64,000 bases of DNA from Chiloscyllium plagiosum (Eukaryota), in contig NC_057718.1 of NCBI RefSeq assembly GCF_004010195.1, positions 73,492,234 through 73,556,233 on the forward strand, given 5' to 3'. A program made the position numbers and the translations under genes. A model generated the notes under the pieces. It was not told where the DNA came from. It saw only the letters and a list, made by a program, of their open reading frames with translations, and made no database searches. Positions 38,846 through 51,403 of the stretch are shown one piece after another (the stretch's first letter is position 1; every line of letters begins with the position of its first letter).

Positions 38846-39683
38846 ACACTTCTGGATGCCCCTTAGAAATTCTGCTCCATCCAGACCTCTAACACGAAGT
38901 GAATCCCTGTCAATGATGGGAAAATTAAAGTCTCCTATCACCACATCCTGTTGCTCCTACACCTTTCGATGATCTCTCTACATATTTGTACCTCTATCAC
39001 ATGTTGTTGGGAGGCCTGTAGTACAGCCCCAACATTGTTACCGAACCCTTTGTATTTCTGAGCTCTGCCCATATTGCCTCACTGCTCGAGTCTTCCATAA
39101 TGCCCTCCTCCAGCATAGCTCTGATATATTTTCTGACAATAATGCAACTCCGCCACCCCTTTTACCTCTCCATCTATCCTGCTTGACGTATCAATATCCT
39201 GGGATATTTAGTTGCCAATCATGCCCTTCCCTCAACCGAGTCTCAGTAATAGCAATAACATCAAACTCCCAGGTACTAATCCAAACCTTAAATTCATCTG
39301 CCTTACCTACTATACTTCTTGGATTAAAACAAATGCACCTCAGATCACCAGTCCCTCTGTGTTAATCTTCCACTTCCTGCCTACTCTTCCCCTTAGGCAT
39401 GCTGACTCTATTATCTTGTTCCTTACAGGCTTTAGTTACTACCTCCTTCCTGTCCATCAACCTCCTCATTTGCTATGTTAGTTTAAACCCTCCCCAGCAG
39501 CTTCAGCAAAAGCACCCCCAAGGACATTGATTCCAATCTGGCCCAGGTCTAGACCATCCAATTTCTAATAGTCGCACCTCACACTGAACTGGTCCCAGTG
39601 TCCCAAAAATCTGAACCCCTTCCTCCAGCACCATCTCCCATCCTGAATATTCTATCATTCCTACTCTGACTGGCACACGGCAC

Positions 39684-39990
39684 TGGTAGCAATCCTGAGA
39701 TTACTACCTCTGAGGGTCCTATTTTTAAAGTTGTTCCCTAACTCCCTGAATTCTTCTTGTAGGACCTCATCCTGTTTTTTTTTACCTATATCATTGGTGC
39801 CTTCATGCACCACAACATGGAAGAGGGCGGCCTACCTCAAGATGAGACGTGATGGTAGCAATCCTGAGATTACTACCTCTGAGGGTCCTATTTTTAAAGT
39901 TGTTCCCTAACTCCCTGAATTCTTCTTGTAGGACCTCATCCTGTTTTGTTTTTTTTACCTATATCATTGGTGCCTTCATGCACCACAACA
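39684..39990. repeat. ~135-bp direct duplication with 35-bp filler inside CR1 ORF1
   Basis: 39684-39817 nearly equals 39853-39990; filler 39818-39852. Confidence 0.9.
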
Positions 39991-41079
39991 ACTGTCTGTT
40001 CACCCTCCCCCTTCAGAATTTTCTGCAGTCGATCTGAGTCATCCCTGACCTGGGAGGCAACATACCATTCGGGAGTCTTGTTTACGACCACAGAAATGCA
40101 TATCTACTCCCCTTACAATTAAATCCCCTAAGACTATTGCCCTTCCACTCCTTTTCCCATCCTTCGGTACAGCAGAGCTAACCACGGTGCCAAGAACTTA
40201 GCTATTGCTGCTTTCCCCTAGTGAGCCATCTCCCCCAACAGTATCCAAGATGGTATACTTGTTTTGGAGGGAGATGACCACAGGACCTCTTGCACTGCCT
40301 TTCTGCTCTTTCTCTGCCTTTTGGTCACCCTTTCCCTTTCTCTCTCAGCAATCCTAATCTACAGTGTGACCAATTCACGAAACGTGCTATCCACAACCTC
40401 CTCAGCATCATGTATGCCCCAAAGTGAGTCCATTCATAGCTCCAGAGCCATCATGCGGTCTAACAAGAGCTGCAACTGGACACATGTCTTGGACGTGAAG
40501 GAGTCAGGGACATCAGCTGTATCCCTGAGCTCCCACATTGAGCAAGAGGAGCATAACATGGATCTGAGATCTTCTGCCATTTTTAATTTTAAACTTTACC
40601 TAAATTGAGACTAAAGTTACGAAAAAGAAAGAGAAGTTTTTTTAACCAACTTACCACAACTTACTAAAATCCTTACCTTATCGATATACCACCATGTCCT
40701 TTTTTTTGGTTAGAGGAGGAGGGCAGGTGGGAGACACTATTGTGGGTATTGTCTCGGATTCAGCCACTGCCCGAATAAATCAGCTTTGTAAACAGTTTGC
40801 TTACCTTCCTGGCAGCCCTCTGGTCCTCGTTTTCTCTGCCCTTGCTGCAATTAAGATGGAGGCCGCAGACTCCCAAGGGAAGCTTTTTAAACAATTTGCT
40901 TATCTTCACAGCAGCCCCAGTTCTCGTTCTGTCCGCCCTCAATGCAATTAAAATGGAGGCCGCAGACTGAGATAGATAGATCCTTGATCAGTAGTGGAAT
41001 CAAATCCAAAGATTATGAGGAAAGGGCAGGAATGTGGACATGAGCAATTTCAGGTCAGCCATGACCCTATTGAATGATC

Positions 41080-41790
41080 ACACCTCTCCCCTCACCTCCG
41101 TCCAAAGCCCCAAAGGAGCCTTCCACATCCATCAGAGTTTTACCTGCACTTCCACACATATCATTTACTGTATCCGTTGTTCTTGATGTGGTCTCCTTTA
41201 CGTTGGGGAGACAGGACACCTACTTGCAGACTGCTTCAGGGAACATCTTCAGGACACCCACACCAAATAACCCCACTGCCCTTTGGCAGAACACTTCAAC
41301 TTCCCCCTCCCACGCTGCCAAGGACATGAGGTCCTGGGCCTCCTCCATTGTCACACCCTAACCACCCATGCCAGGAGGAAGAATGCCTCATCTTCCGCCT
41401 TGGGACCCCACAACCACGCAGCATCAATGTGGACTTCATTGGTTTACTTATTGCCTCTCCCCCCACCTTATCCCAGATCCAATCTTCCAACTTGGCACCG
41501 CCTGTCCTACCGGTCCATCTTCCTTCCCACCTATCCGCTCCACCCTCCTTTCTGACCTACCACTATTATCCCCAAATCCATCCGCCTATCGCACTCTGTT
41601 ACCTGTCCCCCAGCCCCATCCCCTCCCATTTATCTCTCTGCCCCCTTGACTCGTAAGCCTCATTCCTGATGAAGGGCTCTTGCCTGTAATGTTGATTCAC
41701 CTGCTCCTTGGATGCTGCCTGACCTGCTGTGCTTTTCCAGCACCACACTCTCGACTCTGATCTCCAGCATCTGCAGTCCTCGCTTTCTCA
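41080..41790 (+). mobile_element. Penelope-like element, 5'-truncated (GIY-YIG endonuclease plus 3' terminal repeat), 12-bp TSD
   Basis: FTCTSTHIIYCIRCS.CGLLYVGETG..L..CFREHL...AEHFN...EEECLIFRLGTPQPRSINVDF; TATTGAATGATC at 41068-41079 and 41791-41802; CTGATGA core at 41666. Confidence 0.92.
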
Positions 41791-42149
41791 TATTGAATGA
41801 TCGCCTACCCCGATCCTATTTTTTCTAATCTTATGGTCTTCAGTATAGCATAACATTGTGCTGAACAATGTCAAAAATCTTAACATTGTCTAATAAGCAT
41901 ATGACAAAGTCATGTTTCCTACCTATTTTCATGTCTCTTCATGAGATTTCTGAGTACAGGCATTGAGTCAGCTGTATCCTTTTCAGGAATTAAGTCAAAA
42001 TGCTCCTCTTCCACTTCTGTATACATTAGAGTTTGTTTCTCTATCTGATGATGTCATCTAGTACTTTAGGGAGATTACTGCTGAGATTAGTGTTGTTTTA
42101 CATAAATCTGTCAGCTTGCTTTATGGGCAGTGTAATCACCTTTGCATTG

Positions 42150-42450
42150 TCCAAGGGCATTCAACTTTAAAGGAGTTGATGCAGAGAAAACATTTTCCCT
42201 CTAATACCTAGAAATAGGGTTTGGCCATTTGGGACTGAAGTGAAGAGAAATTTCTTTGTCAATGGGGTTGTAAAGCTCTGAAATGAACATTGGTGTAATT
42301 GAGTATATTCCAGACAGAAGTTGATAGATTATTGTGCCTTAAGAGATAGTGCACAAAGGTGGTATTAGATTGAAGGTCAGTTGAGATGACACTGAAAGTT
42401 GGTGCAGGCTCAAAGGCTAAATACAGTCTGCCAGTTCCTATTTCTTATGT
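42150..42450 (+). mobile_element. Old CR1 3' end fragment
   Basis: KGVDAEKTFS..VKRNFF-like coding remnant and CCTATTTCTTATGTTC tail. Confidence 0.6.
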
Positions 42451-42894
42451 TCAGTACAAGAAATCACAGTGGTGAAATGTTAGGGACAAACTGAAACCTA
42501 TGCAGCACTGCAACACTCAGGTAACCAGGGATACTGTAGTCATGGAGAATTAAATCTACATTTCTAAAAATAGGAAGGCTGCACAGTTCTGCTTATGACA
42601 AGTGTATAGAATCAAAATACATTTTCTTTAGGAAATATATCGCAACTTAATTCATTGGACTAATCAAATCAATATTTTCAAAAACTGGATCAAATATTAT
42701 TCCTCCATGTCATAATTTCTACCCATTCCTAATCAATTGAAGTTTAGGAATACAATGAAAGAAGACCATATGTTAACAATCTCTTAGTTGCTCAGTGTAA
42801 ATGATTAGATTATTTAACTCTGAATTGTTGTGCAGATTGAAATATGCATTTAAGGAGGATGTATAAATGTATTCCTAATCAATACAGTTTGGGG

Positions 42895-43200
42895 AGCATA
42901 GTAGCACAATGGTTAGCACGCTTTCTCACAGGGACCTGGCTTTGATTACAGCTTTGGGTGACTGTCAGTGTGAGGTTTGGATGCATTCCCTGTGTCTGCA
43001 TGAGTTTCCACCAGGTGCTCCAATTTCCTCCAACAATCCAAAAATGTGCAGATTAGATGGATTGGCTATGTTAAATTGTCCATAGTGTCTGGGATGTGCA
43101 GGCGAGGTGGATTAGTCATGGTCAAATGAGGGGTTAGTTTGGGATGTTCTTTGGAGATTTGGTACAGATGTGTGGACTGAATGGCTTCTTTCTGTAGACG
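42895..43200 (+). mobile_element. Decayed HE1-like SINE
   Basis: Degenerate A/B boxes and core. Confidence 0.75.
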
Positions 43201-43849
43201 TTTTAAAATGGCAGGTTTTAGAAGCTTTCGGTAGCTTCCTTTTAGGCAGTCCTGTCACATCCATTCATGAATAGTTGTGGATAATTAAATAACTAATGGA
43301 GGAAACTCCATGAACAACCAATATTTAGTGATGGCAGAGTCAAGCTCAAAAATGCAAAAGACAAGGATGATGTGTTAGCTTATAACTTGAGAAAGCGATA
43401 TATCTCAACCTCCTGCTGTGATTCCCAATATTAGCAGATGTCTATACAAAGACTTTAACATTGCTGTCTCTGCTTTCTCTCAGTGCTTGGGTCTGCTCCA
43501 GTGAGGATCACTGCAAGCTGGAAGAAAAGCAGTTCATCTTCTGCCTGTGGGCCCAACCAGCCTTCAGAACTCAATAAAGCTCAATAGATTTAGAGCCTGA
43601 ACACATGCTTTGATGTCCCTTACCCATTCCCACACTCCAGGCCCTGTCATGAATATGGGCTACTTTTAACACAGCCAACCTATTCTCACCAACTCATTGT
43701 CCCCATTATTAGCTTTTCCCCTTCCTTGGCTTACTATCAACCACCCCTTGTCTGCCTAACGTGCTTTCTCAGCTCTGTCTCTATCCATCCACCAGCTAAC
43801 TCCCCAATCTGTACCTCTGCCATATACTTTGCTTCAATGAGCAGCTTAC

Positions 43850-46430
43850 TCTACTTGTTCCTAATGAACCCCACTTTATCCTTCACTGATCTTTTACTAT
43901 TAATATATTTGAAGAGCATTTTACTATTTAAACAATCATAGAGTCATAAACTCATATGGAAACAGACCCTGCAGTCCAACCTGTCTGCATCCCAATCTGA
44001 CCAAATCCCATTTGCCAGCATTTGGCCCATGTCCCTCTAAACCTTTCCTATTCATGTACCCATCCACATGTTTTTTTAAATGTTGCAATTGTATCCGCCT
44101 TCACCCTTCCTCTGGCAGCTCATTCCATACATGCACCACCCTCTGCGTGAAAAAGTTACCCCTCAGGTCCCTTTTAAACCTTTCCCCTCTCATGTTAAAT
44201 CTATGCCCTAATGCAATCTCTTAACCTTTCTTATTCCAGCCTAGCCTCTCTCCTGCATTTGAGATGTTCCTCCTGATTTCTCTTCCTCTTATTATTCTGG
44301 TATGCATCATATTGCCTCCTTTTTTACTTCCTTATTTTCTCATCAATATCCTGAGTGATCCAGGATATTCTAGTTTTGGATACTTCATATTTATTTCTCA
44401 TGAATACGTACCTTGCTTGTACCCTAATCATCTCTCTTTTGAAATTCTCACATTTCCATCTATTGTTTTATCCACCAAAATACATGTTCAATCAACCTGC
44501 TACATTTTAACTTCTAGGTGCCTTTTTCCTGTCTTGGATCTTAATCATTGACTGATTTTTTTCTTTCTCCATCTTAATATTGAACCTTATTGTGCTATGA
44601 TCACTATTTTCCAAATGTTCCCCACTCTGACATTTTCCACTTGGCCTGCCTCATTTCCTAGGACCAGATCAGCATTGGGCTGGAAATGTACCATCCCAGA
44701 AAATTCTCCTGTACATCATCCAGGAATTTTCCTAGTATACTCCAGGGAATTCACCAATTATCACAGTGCCATTTATCTTGCAGATTTCTATAATCTACCT
44801 ATAGATGTTCTGTTCTACTTCTTCCTCAATATTTGGAGGTCTGTAATAAATACCCAACAAAGTCACTGCTCCCTTCCTGATTTTACCTCCAACCATATAG
44901 ATTCTAATAAGAGTTACAGAGAGGTACAGCACGGAAACGAGCCTTCGGTCCAACTCATCGATGCCGACCACTTATCCTTAACTAATCTAGTCCCATTTGC
45001 CAGCATTTGACCCTCTAAACCCTTCCTATTCATATAACCATCCAGATGCCTTTTAAATGCTGGAAATGTACCAGCTTGCACCACTTTCTCTGGCAGCTCA
45101 ATCCATACATGCATCAGCCTTGCATGAAAATGTTTCCTCTTAGGTCCCTTTTAAATCTTTTCCCTTCAGGAACTGCATTGCATTCAAGGGCAAAGATACT
45201 ATCTGTGATGAATACTACTGCACCTCCTCCCTTTTTACCAACCCATTTATACTAAAAACCTAAAACTGAGATGTTTAATATCCAGTCCTGTTCTGGCTTG
45301 AGCTACAATTCTGTCACTGCTACTTTGTCATAACCCCCAGAGCAAATTCTGTTTCCAGTTGTCCAATTTTGTCCATCATACTCCGAGTTTACAATGTAAC
45401 CCTGCCCTTATCTCTTTTTTTTGTCCATTGGAAGATGACCATTTCTTTGATCTCAAGCCTTCCCTCACTTCCTTCTCTATCTTCTCTTGTGCGCTCTCTG
45501 GTACTTCCAAAACTGGGCCCAATAGTCAACAACTCCCCACCCCCCAACCCCCCCAACCAATGCACACACTTTACAAGTTTAAATCCACTCCACTACATTA
45601 ATCACTCTCTCAGCCAGGAGATGCATTCCTTTTTTGCTCAGGTAAAACCCACCTCTTCTGAACAGATCCTTTCCCAAATGTGATCCCAACATGCCAAAAT
45701 CTAAAACCTTCCCTTCTACACCATCTCTCAAGCCTCCTCACCTTCTTTACCTGAATGGTGAAGCTTGTGGCGCAAGTAGTATTTCTGAGATTACGATCCT
45801 GGAGGTCCTATGCTTCAAACTACTTCTTAGCTTCTGAAACTGATCATGTAAATCCTCAAAGCTATCCCTCCCTATGTTGTTGGTTCCCACATAAATCATG
45901 ATGACTAGTTGTTCATCCTTTTATCTAGGCATTTATCCAACCATTATGTACCAAGCCCTTGCACCCGGAAGGCAACAGACTTTATGGGACTCTCGATCTC
46001 GTCAGCAAATTAGACTGTTGATCCATCAAATTATTGAGTCACCTACTACTACCTTACTAATTAGCTACCTGCTAGCATCTCTTTCATTTCCCAGAATAAC
46101 TTCAGGCACCTGTGGATTTCCCTCAAGACTTTTATCCCTGCCTCAGTCATCGTACTCACTAAACAGGTATCTAAAATTTCATATCAGTTAGATAGATCCA
46201 AGGAGCCCCCGATTTCCTGAACTTGCTATTCCCTTGGACATGCATTCACCTGCTATTTCTACGTTGCTTCTTGCCAGGCTATCATGGGAGTGAGGTCTCT
46301 TTGGTATGATTGTTCTAGATACCTCTATCCTTGTATAGTGTGAAGTGAGATAAGTTGTTGCTCTAAATCAGCCATGTATTGTTCAAGGACTACTATCCTC
46401 TGGTACATAATACAGATCTGACTGTCGTGG
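43850..46430 (-). mobile_element. Old CR1 remnant (endonuclease/ORF1 region) with two younger CR1 3'-end insertions (43938-44210, 44912-45168)
   Basis: Minus FPAFKRHLDGYMNRKG; CR1 tail sequences; decayed endonuclease motifs. Confidence 0.65.
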
Positions 46431-46739
46431 ATATCCTGTTGATAGGAGAGGGTGAGTACTCATGAGAAAGTACTCATAAGGTAGCAACAAACAATATGAT
46501 AGCTCATGATATCACAGTAAGTGATGAAAAGTCAAGTGGGACTCTGCTGTATAGAAGATCTATTTCATGTAGGGTTACTCTTGCTCTGCACATATTGTAC
46601 ATAGTTTAATAAATGGTTCTTGTTAAAAGAATATCTGTTCCATCTCTACCTCAAGCATATCAAATTCAGGCAAGAGTCAGTAGAGGAAAAGTGATGGTTA
46701 GCGAGTTCAAGATGGAGATACTGGTGAATGATTGGACTT

Positions 46740-47220
46740 TGGAGCCAGAGAGATTAGTAAGACTGGGGTGGGGTAGGAGGAAATGGTGGAGGTTGCATGG
46801 AGCAAGATTGGAATTTAGAGCTGGGAAAGTGAATAGTGAATCGCAAGGATGGTGCTGAGTGACTTCAGAGGAACATTGACAGGTTGGCCAAATAGGCAGA
46901 CACCTGGCAGATGATTTTCAATGCAGAGAAATGTGAGGTAATGCATTTTGGTAGAAGAAACATGGAGAGACTATACAGACTCAATGGAAAGATTTTGAGG
47001 ACAGTACAGGAGAAAAGGTACCTCAGAGTCCACATGCATGGTTCTCTGAGATGGCCAGGCAAGTTGACATGGTTGTTCAGAAGGCTTATAGGATCCTTCG
47101 GGTTTTTAATCGAGGCATAGAGTATAAAAGCTAGGAAGTGATATTACACCTCTATAAATCATTGATCAGACCACATTTTCTGTTCCGTTGTGGGTTCCTT
47201 ATTTAAGGAAGGATGTTAAA
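46740..47220 (+). mobile_element. CR1 RT C-terminal fragment
   Basis: WQMIFNAEKCEVMHFGRRN. Confidence 0.8.
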
Positions 47221-47909
47221 TATAACAATATTGTGAAGAAAGCATGAGGTGAATGAAGATTGGAATTGGATATGTAGTTGAAGGATTGAGTTGTATGTTG
47301 AATATTTGATGATACATCCCAAACCTCTTTTGCCATTATGGAAGGTATTCCATTTTTTGGCCATTCAATCATATTCTTGTTTATTTATTCATGGGATGTC
47401 AGCATTGCTAGCAGGCTAGCATTTGTTAATGATCCTTAATTTTTAAAAAATTATTGACCTATTTTTCTAATCAACCTGTTCAGAGATGTTATTACACACC
47501 TCTGGAGCAGGTGGCACTTGATCTCTCAGTTCAGGGATAGAAATACTACTACTGCACCACAAAAGGACCCTTTCTTTAATTGTTATCAAGAATGGGGTAG
47601 TGCACAGTCTTAATGTATCATTGTGTGACATAGGTGAAGCTACAGTAATGTTAGGAAATGAGTTTCAGGATTTTGACCCAACAACAGTGAAAAACCAGGA
47701 ATATTTTTCCAACTCATGCAGGTGTGTGACTTGTAGAGAAAACCTGTGATTACTTACATTAGTGTTATTGGAGCTGCTGTCATCCGGGCAAGGGAAGACT
47801 ATTCTATCTCACTTCAGACTTATGCTTCGTAGATGCTGGATGGGGTTTGAAGAGCTAGTAGGTGAGACATTTGCTGTGGAACAGATAGTTATTGACTTGG
47901 TTTTCATAG

Positions 47910-48165
47910 TACCAGAGAATCATTTCAATGTGGAAGCAGGCCACTCAGCCCATCAAATCTATACCGACCATCTGAAGAACATCCTACCCCATCACATTAC
48001 ATTTTCTATGGTTAATCTACCTAATCTGCACATCCCTTTGGATGGGAGCACCCTGAGAAAAGGGCAGAATATGCAAACTCCACACAGACAGTTGCCTGAG
48101 GGTGGAATTGAACCCACCTCCACTGTGAGGATGCAATGCTGACTGCTAAGCCACTGTGCCACCCT
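47910..48165 (-). mobile_element. HE1-like SINE (decayed)
   Basis: Reverse complement of A/B boxes and core. Confidence 0.75.
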
Positions 48166-50075
48166 TGTAATCAAATATTTATATGGCTAGCCTCGTCAAG
48201 TTTCTCACAGATGTTGATGGATTAAGATTAGACAATGATAATGCATTGGAAGTCCCTGGGAGACAGTTAGAATGTCTGTTGGTGGAGATAATGTTGAAAT
48301 CCCTAAAGTTTTAACAACAGATGAATTTTCCAGTGAATTACAAAGAGCTGAAGAACAAGATCTTACACTTGTAGGCTGTTACTGTAGCAAACAAATCAAA
48401 ACCAATATAGATTTACCAATAATTAATGGGCTGCTATAAGCTTTACTAAAGAAAAGGCATTTTCAAGTCTACTAACTAACTCAACAGAAGTATGTCTTAC
48501 AAAACGTTTGCAAATCTTTTCTGGCTGAAATGCAGCATTTTCAGATTAATCCATAGTCACTGCCAATGCCCAAGCAGGACCAGTTCTTCCCACCACACAA
48601 GGTCAAAACTTCAAGTGAGCTTTGATAATTGATCCACTCTCTTATCAGTTTTTCTGGATTGGATTATCAACATATATTTTTGAGAGATATATCTTTGAAG
48701 TTCCTCATTCACTGAACCTGCAAATATCTCAACCATTCATTGTCTTTTTTGTGAACAGAATCCTCTCAACAGAACCAACCTGTTGGTTTGCAGCTTAAAT
48801 CATCGACTTGTTTCTCCAAATGTTAGCTTATTTTTCTCTGTTACCTGGAAATGCAGCTGTTTTTCTCCCAAATCACTCATGCAATATACCATTGCATTTC
48901 TGTGGCAACTGGATCAGATGGACATGAACCTATACTGAGCTGTAAATCAAGAATTCTCTGCTATACCTTTATTTAAATGCACATTCCAAAATATAATCTT
49001 GTGATGCTCAGCATTCATGCTGCTTCTTCTCAAAAATAGAATCATAAAATTTTACTGTACAGAAGGTGGACATTTGACATACTGTTTCTATACCAGGTCC
49101 CAAAACAGCTACTCAGCTAGTCCCACTCTCCAGCCCTATCTCAATAGCTCGATAACTTCATCACTTTCAAATATACATCCAGCCCCCTTTTAAAACCTTA
49201 TATGGAATCCACCTCCACCACTCTCCCAGGCAATGCATTCCAAATTGTAACAATTCTCTTAGACGTTTCTCCTCATTTCACTCCAAGCTGTCTTGCTAAC
49301 AGTCTTGAAATTGTAACCTCTAGTTACTGGCAGAATCAAGTGGCTTTAGTTGAACACTAAAGAGATGCTAAGAGACTATTTGGTATGTGGGATTACTGAT
49401 GTAATCACGCCTACTCGCTGACACCCAATTGGAATTCAAACAGGCACGACAACTGGTTTTGTCATTAAAATATGCAGAAAGTGGAGCACATGAGTTTCAG
49501 GGAATGCAGATGGAAGTGAACTCCGACTGAGTTTGGGGAACACCACTTGAGTGCAGGCAATTGCACAGCCTCACTCAGGACGTATCCTGAACAGAGGGAC
49601 TCTAAGTCAGCCCACAGCAAAATCCCAAAACAAAGCTAAGCCTCAGCCAAATTATTAAAATTTTCTTCAAGATCTGGGTTGGCAACCAATATGCAGACTT
49701 GAGACAGCAAAAGAGTTCCACCAGGCCTGGATTGAGTAAGATAACTCGTAGGCTGGTAACCGGGAGAGTGCACACCCTTGAAAGTCCACCTTTATCTTGG
49801 AAAAGTTAAATTGCTTAGGAACATCTAAATCAGAACCAATCAAATAAACATCTTGTTAAAAAGTCACTTGGTTCTAATGCATATAGATACTGCGTGGCTG
49901 GATCTGGATGACATGGTGATAGCAGGGAAGACAAATAAACAGCACTTAGAAACTTGGACGTAGACCTTTAACATTTCTCCAAGGCCTTAGAAGGAAAATA
50001 GGTGTGTTCCAGGCACCCCAAGTGATCTATTTGGACTAAAGAGTCAGCAAAACTAGGTTTAGACCTGTTAGAAGA

Positions 50076-50206
50076 AAGTGAGAACTGCAGATACTGGAGA
50101 TCAGAGTCGAGAGTGTGGTGCTGGGAAAACACAGCAGGTCAGGCAGCAAGCAGGGAGCAGGGGAATCAAAGTTTTGGGCATAAGCCCTTCATCAGGAATG
50201 GAGAAT
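50076..50206 (-). mobile_element. Penelope-derived short insertion with hammerhead-like core
   Basis: Minus CTGATGA-AGGGC-TTAT-GCCC-AAAA; imperfect 20-bp duplication at 50056-50075 and 50207-50226. Confidence 0.75.
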
Positions 50207-51080
50207 GGTTTAGATTTGTTGGAAGATAAAGAGAGGGCGATCAAAGGTACCTCGGCTGCCATGTATGTACTGGAGCTTAGGTCTTTCCTTGGACTCTTGT
50301 CACATTGAATGCCCAATGGAGACAAATACCCAATAACATATGCTCCCCAGACTTTTGCAGATGCAGAACACAAATACATCCAGACAGAGAGGGGAGGTTT
50401 GTGTTTAGTGTAAGAAAGTTTCACAATACCTTTACAGACATAAATTTGTATTAGTAGCAAACCACAAATCCCTGCTAGGGCTACTCAAAGAGGATGAGTC
50501 TATGCAGCCCATGGCTTCAAATTGATTTCAGCAGTGGGCTCTCATTTCAAATTCGTAAAATTTCAAGTTGGAACAACGTCTGGGAGGCCAGCATATAAGG
50601 ACAGTTTCATAGCATCCATCATCTAATGGTTTTGCAGAAAGAACTGTCCAAACTTTAAGGGTAGGTTTAAAGAAACAGTTTCACTTTATACTAAGCTGTC
50701 CTAGTTTCTATTGAATTATCGGGCCACCCCTCATGCAACTACAGGGAGAGCTGCAACAGAGTTGTTAATGGGGTAAAGACTCTGCACCTGGTTAAATCTG
50801 ATCTTCCTGAACCTGCGGTGGAGGAGGGGGGAACTGAAGTAGCATCAGGAATGCCAATACCAATCACAAGACTCCTGTAAGTGAGAGAGACTGTTTACTT
50901 CAGTGGATGAAATTTTGTGCCAAAACCATGGAAATGGCCCTGCATAGATAAGAGACAAGTTTGACGCCAGGTCAATTTCAGTGAGGTACGAAGTTTGGGT
51001 AGGTGAGGCAGTCCTGAACAAATACATGGAACAACATGAAAGCTGCAAACTCACAAATTGAGCTGGAGCAAAACATACCT

Positions 51081-51403
51081 GGGTGGCACGGTGGCACAAT
51101 GGTTAGCACTGCTGCCTCACAGCGCCTGAGACCTGGGTTCAATTCCTGCCTCAGGCGACTGACTGTGTGGAGTTTGCACGTTCTCCCCGTGTCTGCGTGG
51201 GTTTCTTACGGGTGCTCCGGTTTCCTCCCACAGTCCAAAGATGTGCAGGTCAGGTGAATTGGCCATGCTAAATTGCCCGTAGTGTTAGGTAAGGGGTAAA
51301 TGTAGGGGTATGGGTGGGTTTCGCTTCGGCGGGTCGGTGTGGACTTGTTGGGCCGAAGGGCCTGTTTCCACACTGTAATATAATCTAATCTAATCTAATC
51401 TAA
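51081..51403 (+). mobile_element. Full-length, young HE1-like SINE
   Basis: CpG-rich, intact A/B boxes, (TAATC)n tail, ACCTGG duplication at 51077-51082 and 51404-51409. Confidence 0.95.

Larger units (their letters stand above)
36157..40963 (-). mobile_element. Near-full-length CR1 LINE (5' UTR, ORF1 remnant, ORF2 endonuclease and RT), decayed
   Basis: Minus: DVIAITET (~39250), ILDLVLGNE..GNSDHNSISF, VPEDWKIAN, HGFVQGRSCLTNLIEFFEE, SGVPQGSGLG, KFIDDTK; ORF1-like region 39480-40580; AGACTGA at 36150-36156 and 40964-40970. Confidence 0.92.
34780..41835 (+). mobile_element. CR1 LINE (RT to 3' end) hosting nested insertions
   Basis: RT motifs at 34800-36150 (QHG, YLDFQ..FD, YINDL, KFAND, QRDLGV, FFFQRV..LWNSL); 3' end resumes at 40964 (..TTTAAGACTGA|GATAGATAGAT..) and again after 41790. 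Confidence 0.85.

Noticed and set aside
46437..46665. Possible additional solo LTRs (also ~48293-49010)
   Set aside because: TG-starts and AATAAA (first only) are suggestive, but no clear TSD or second copy in the window
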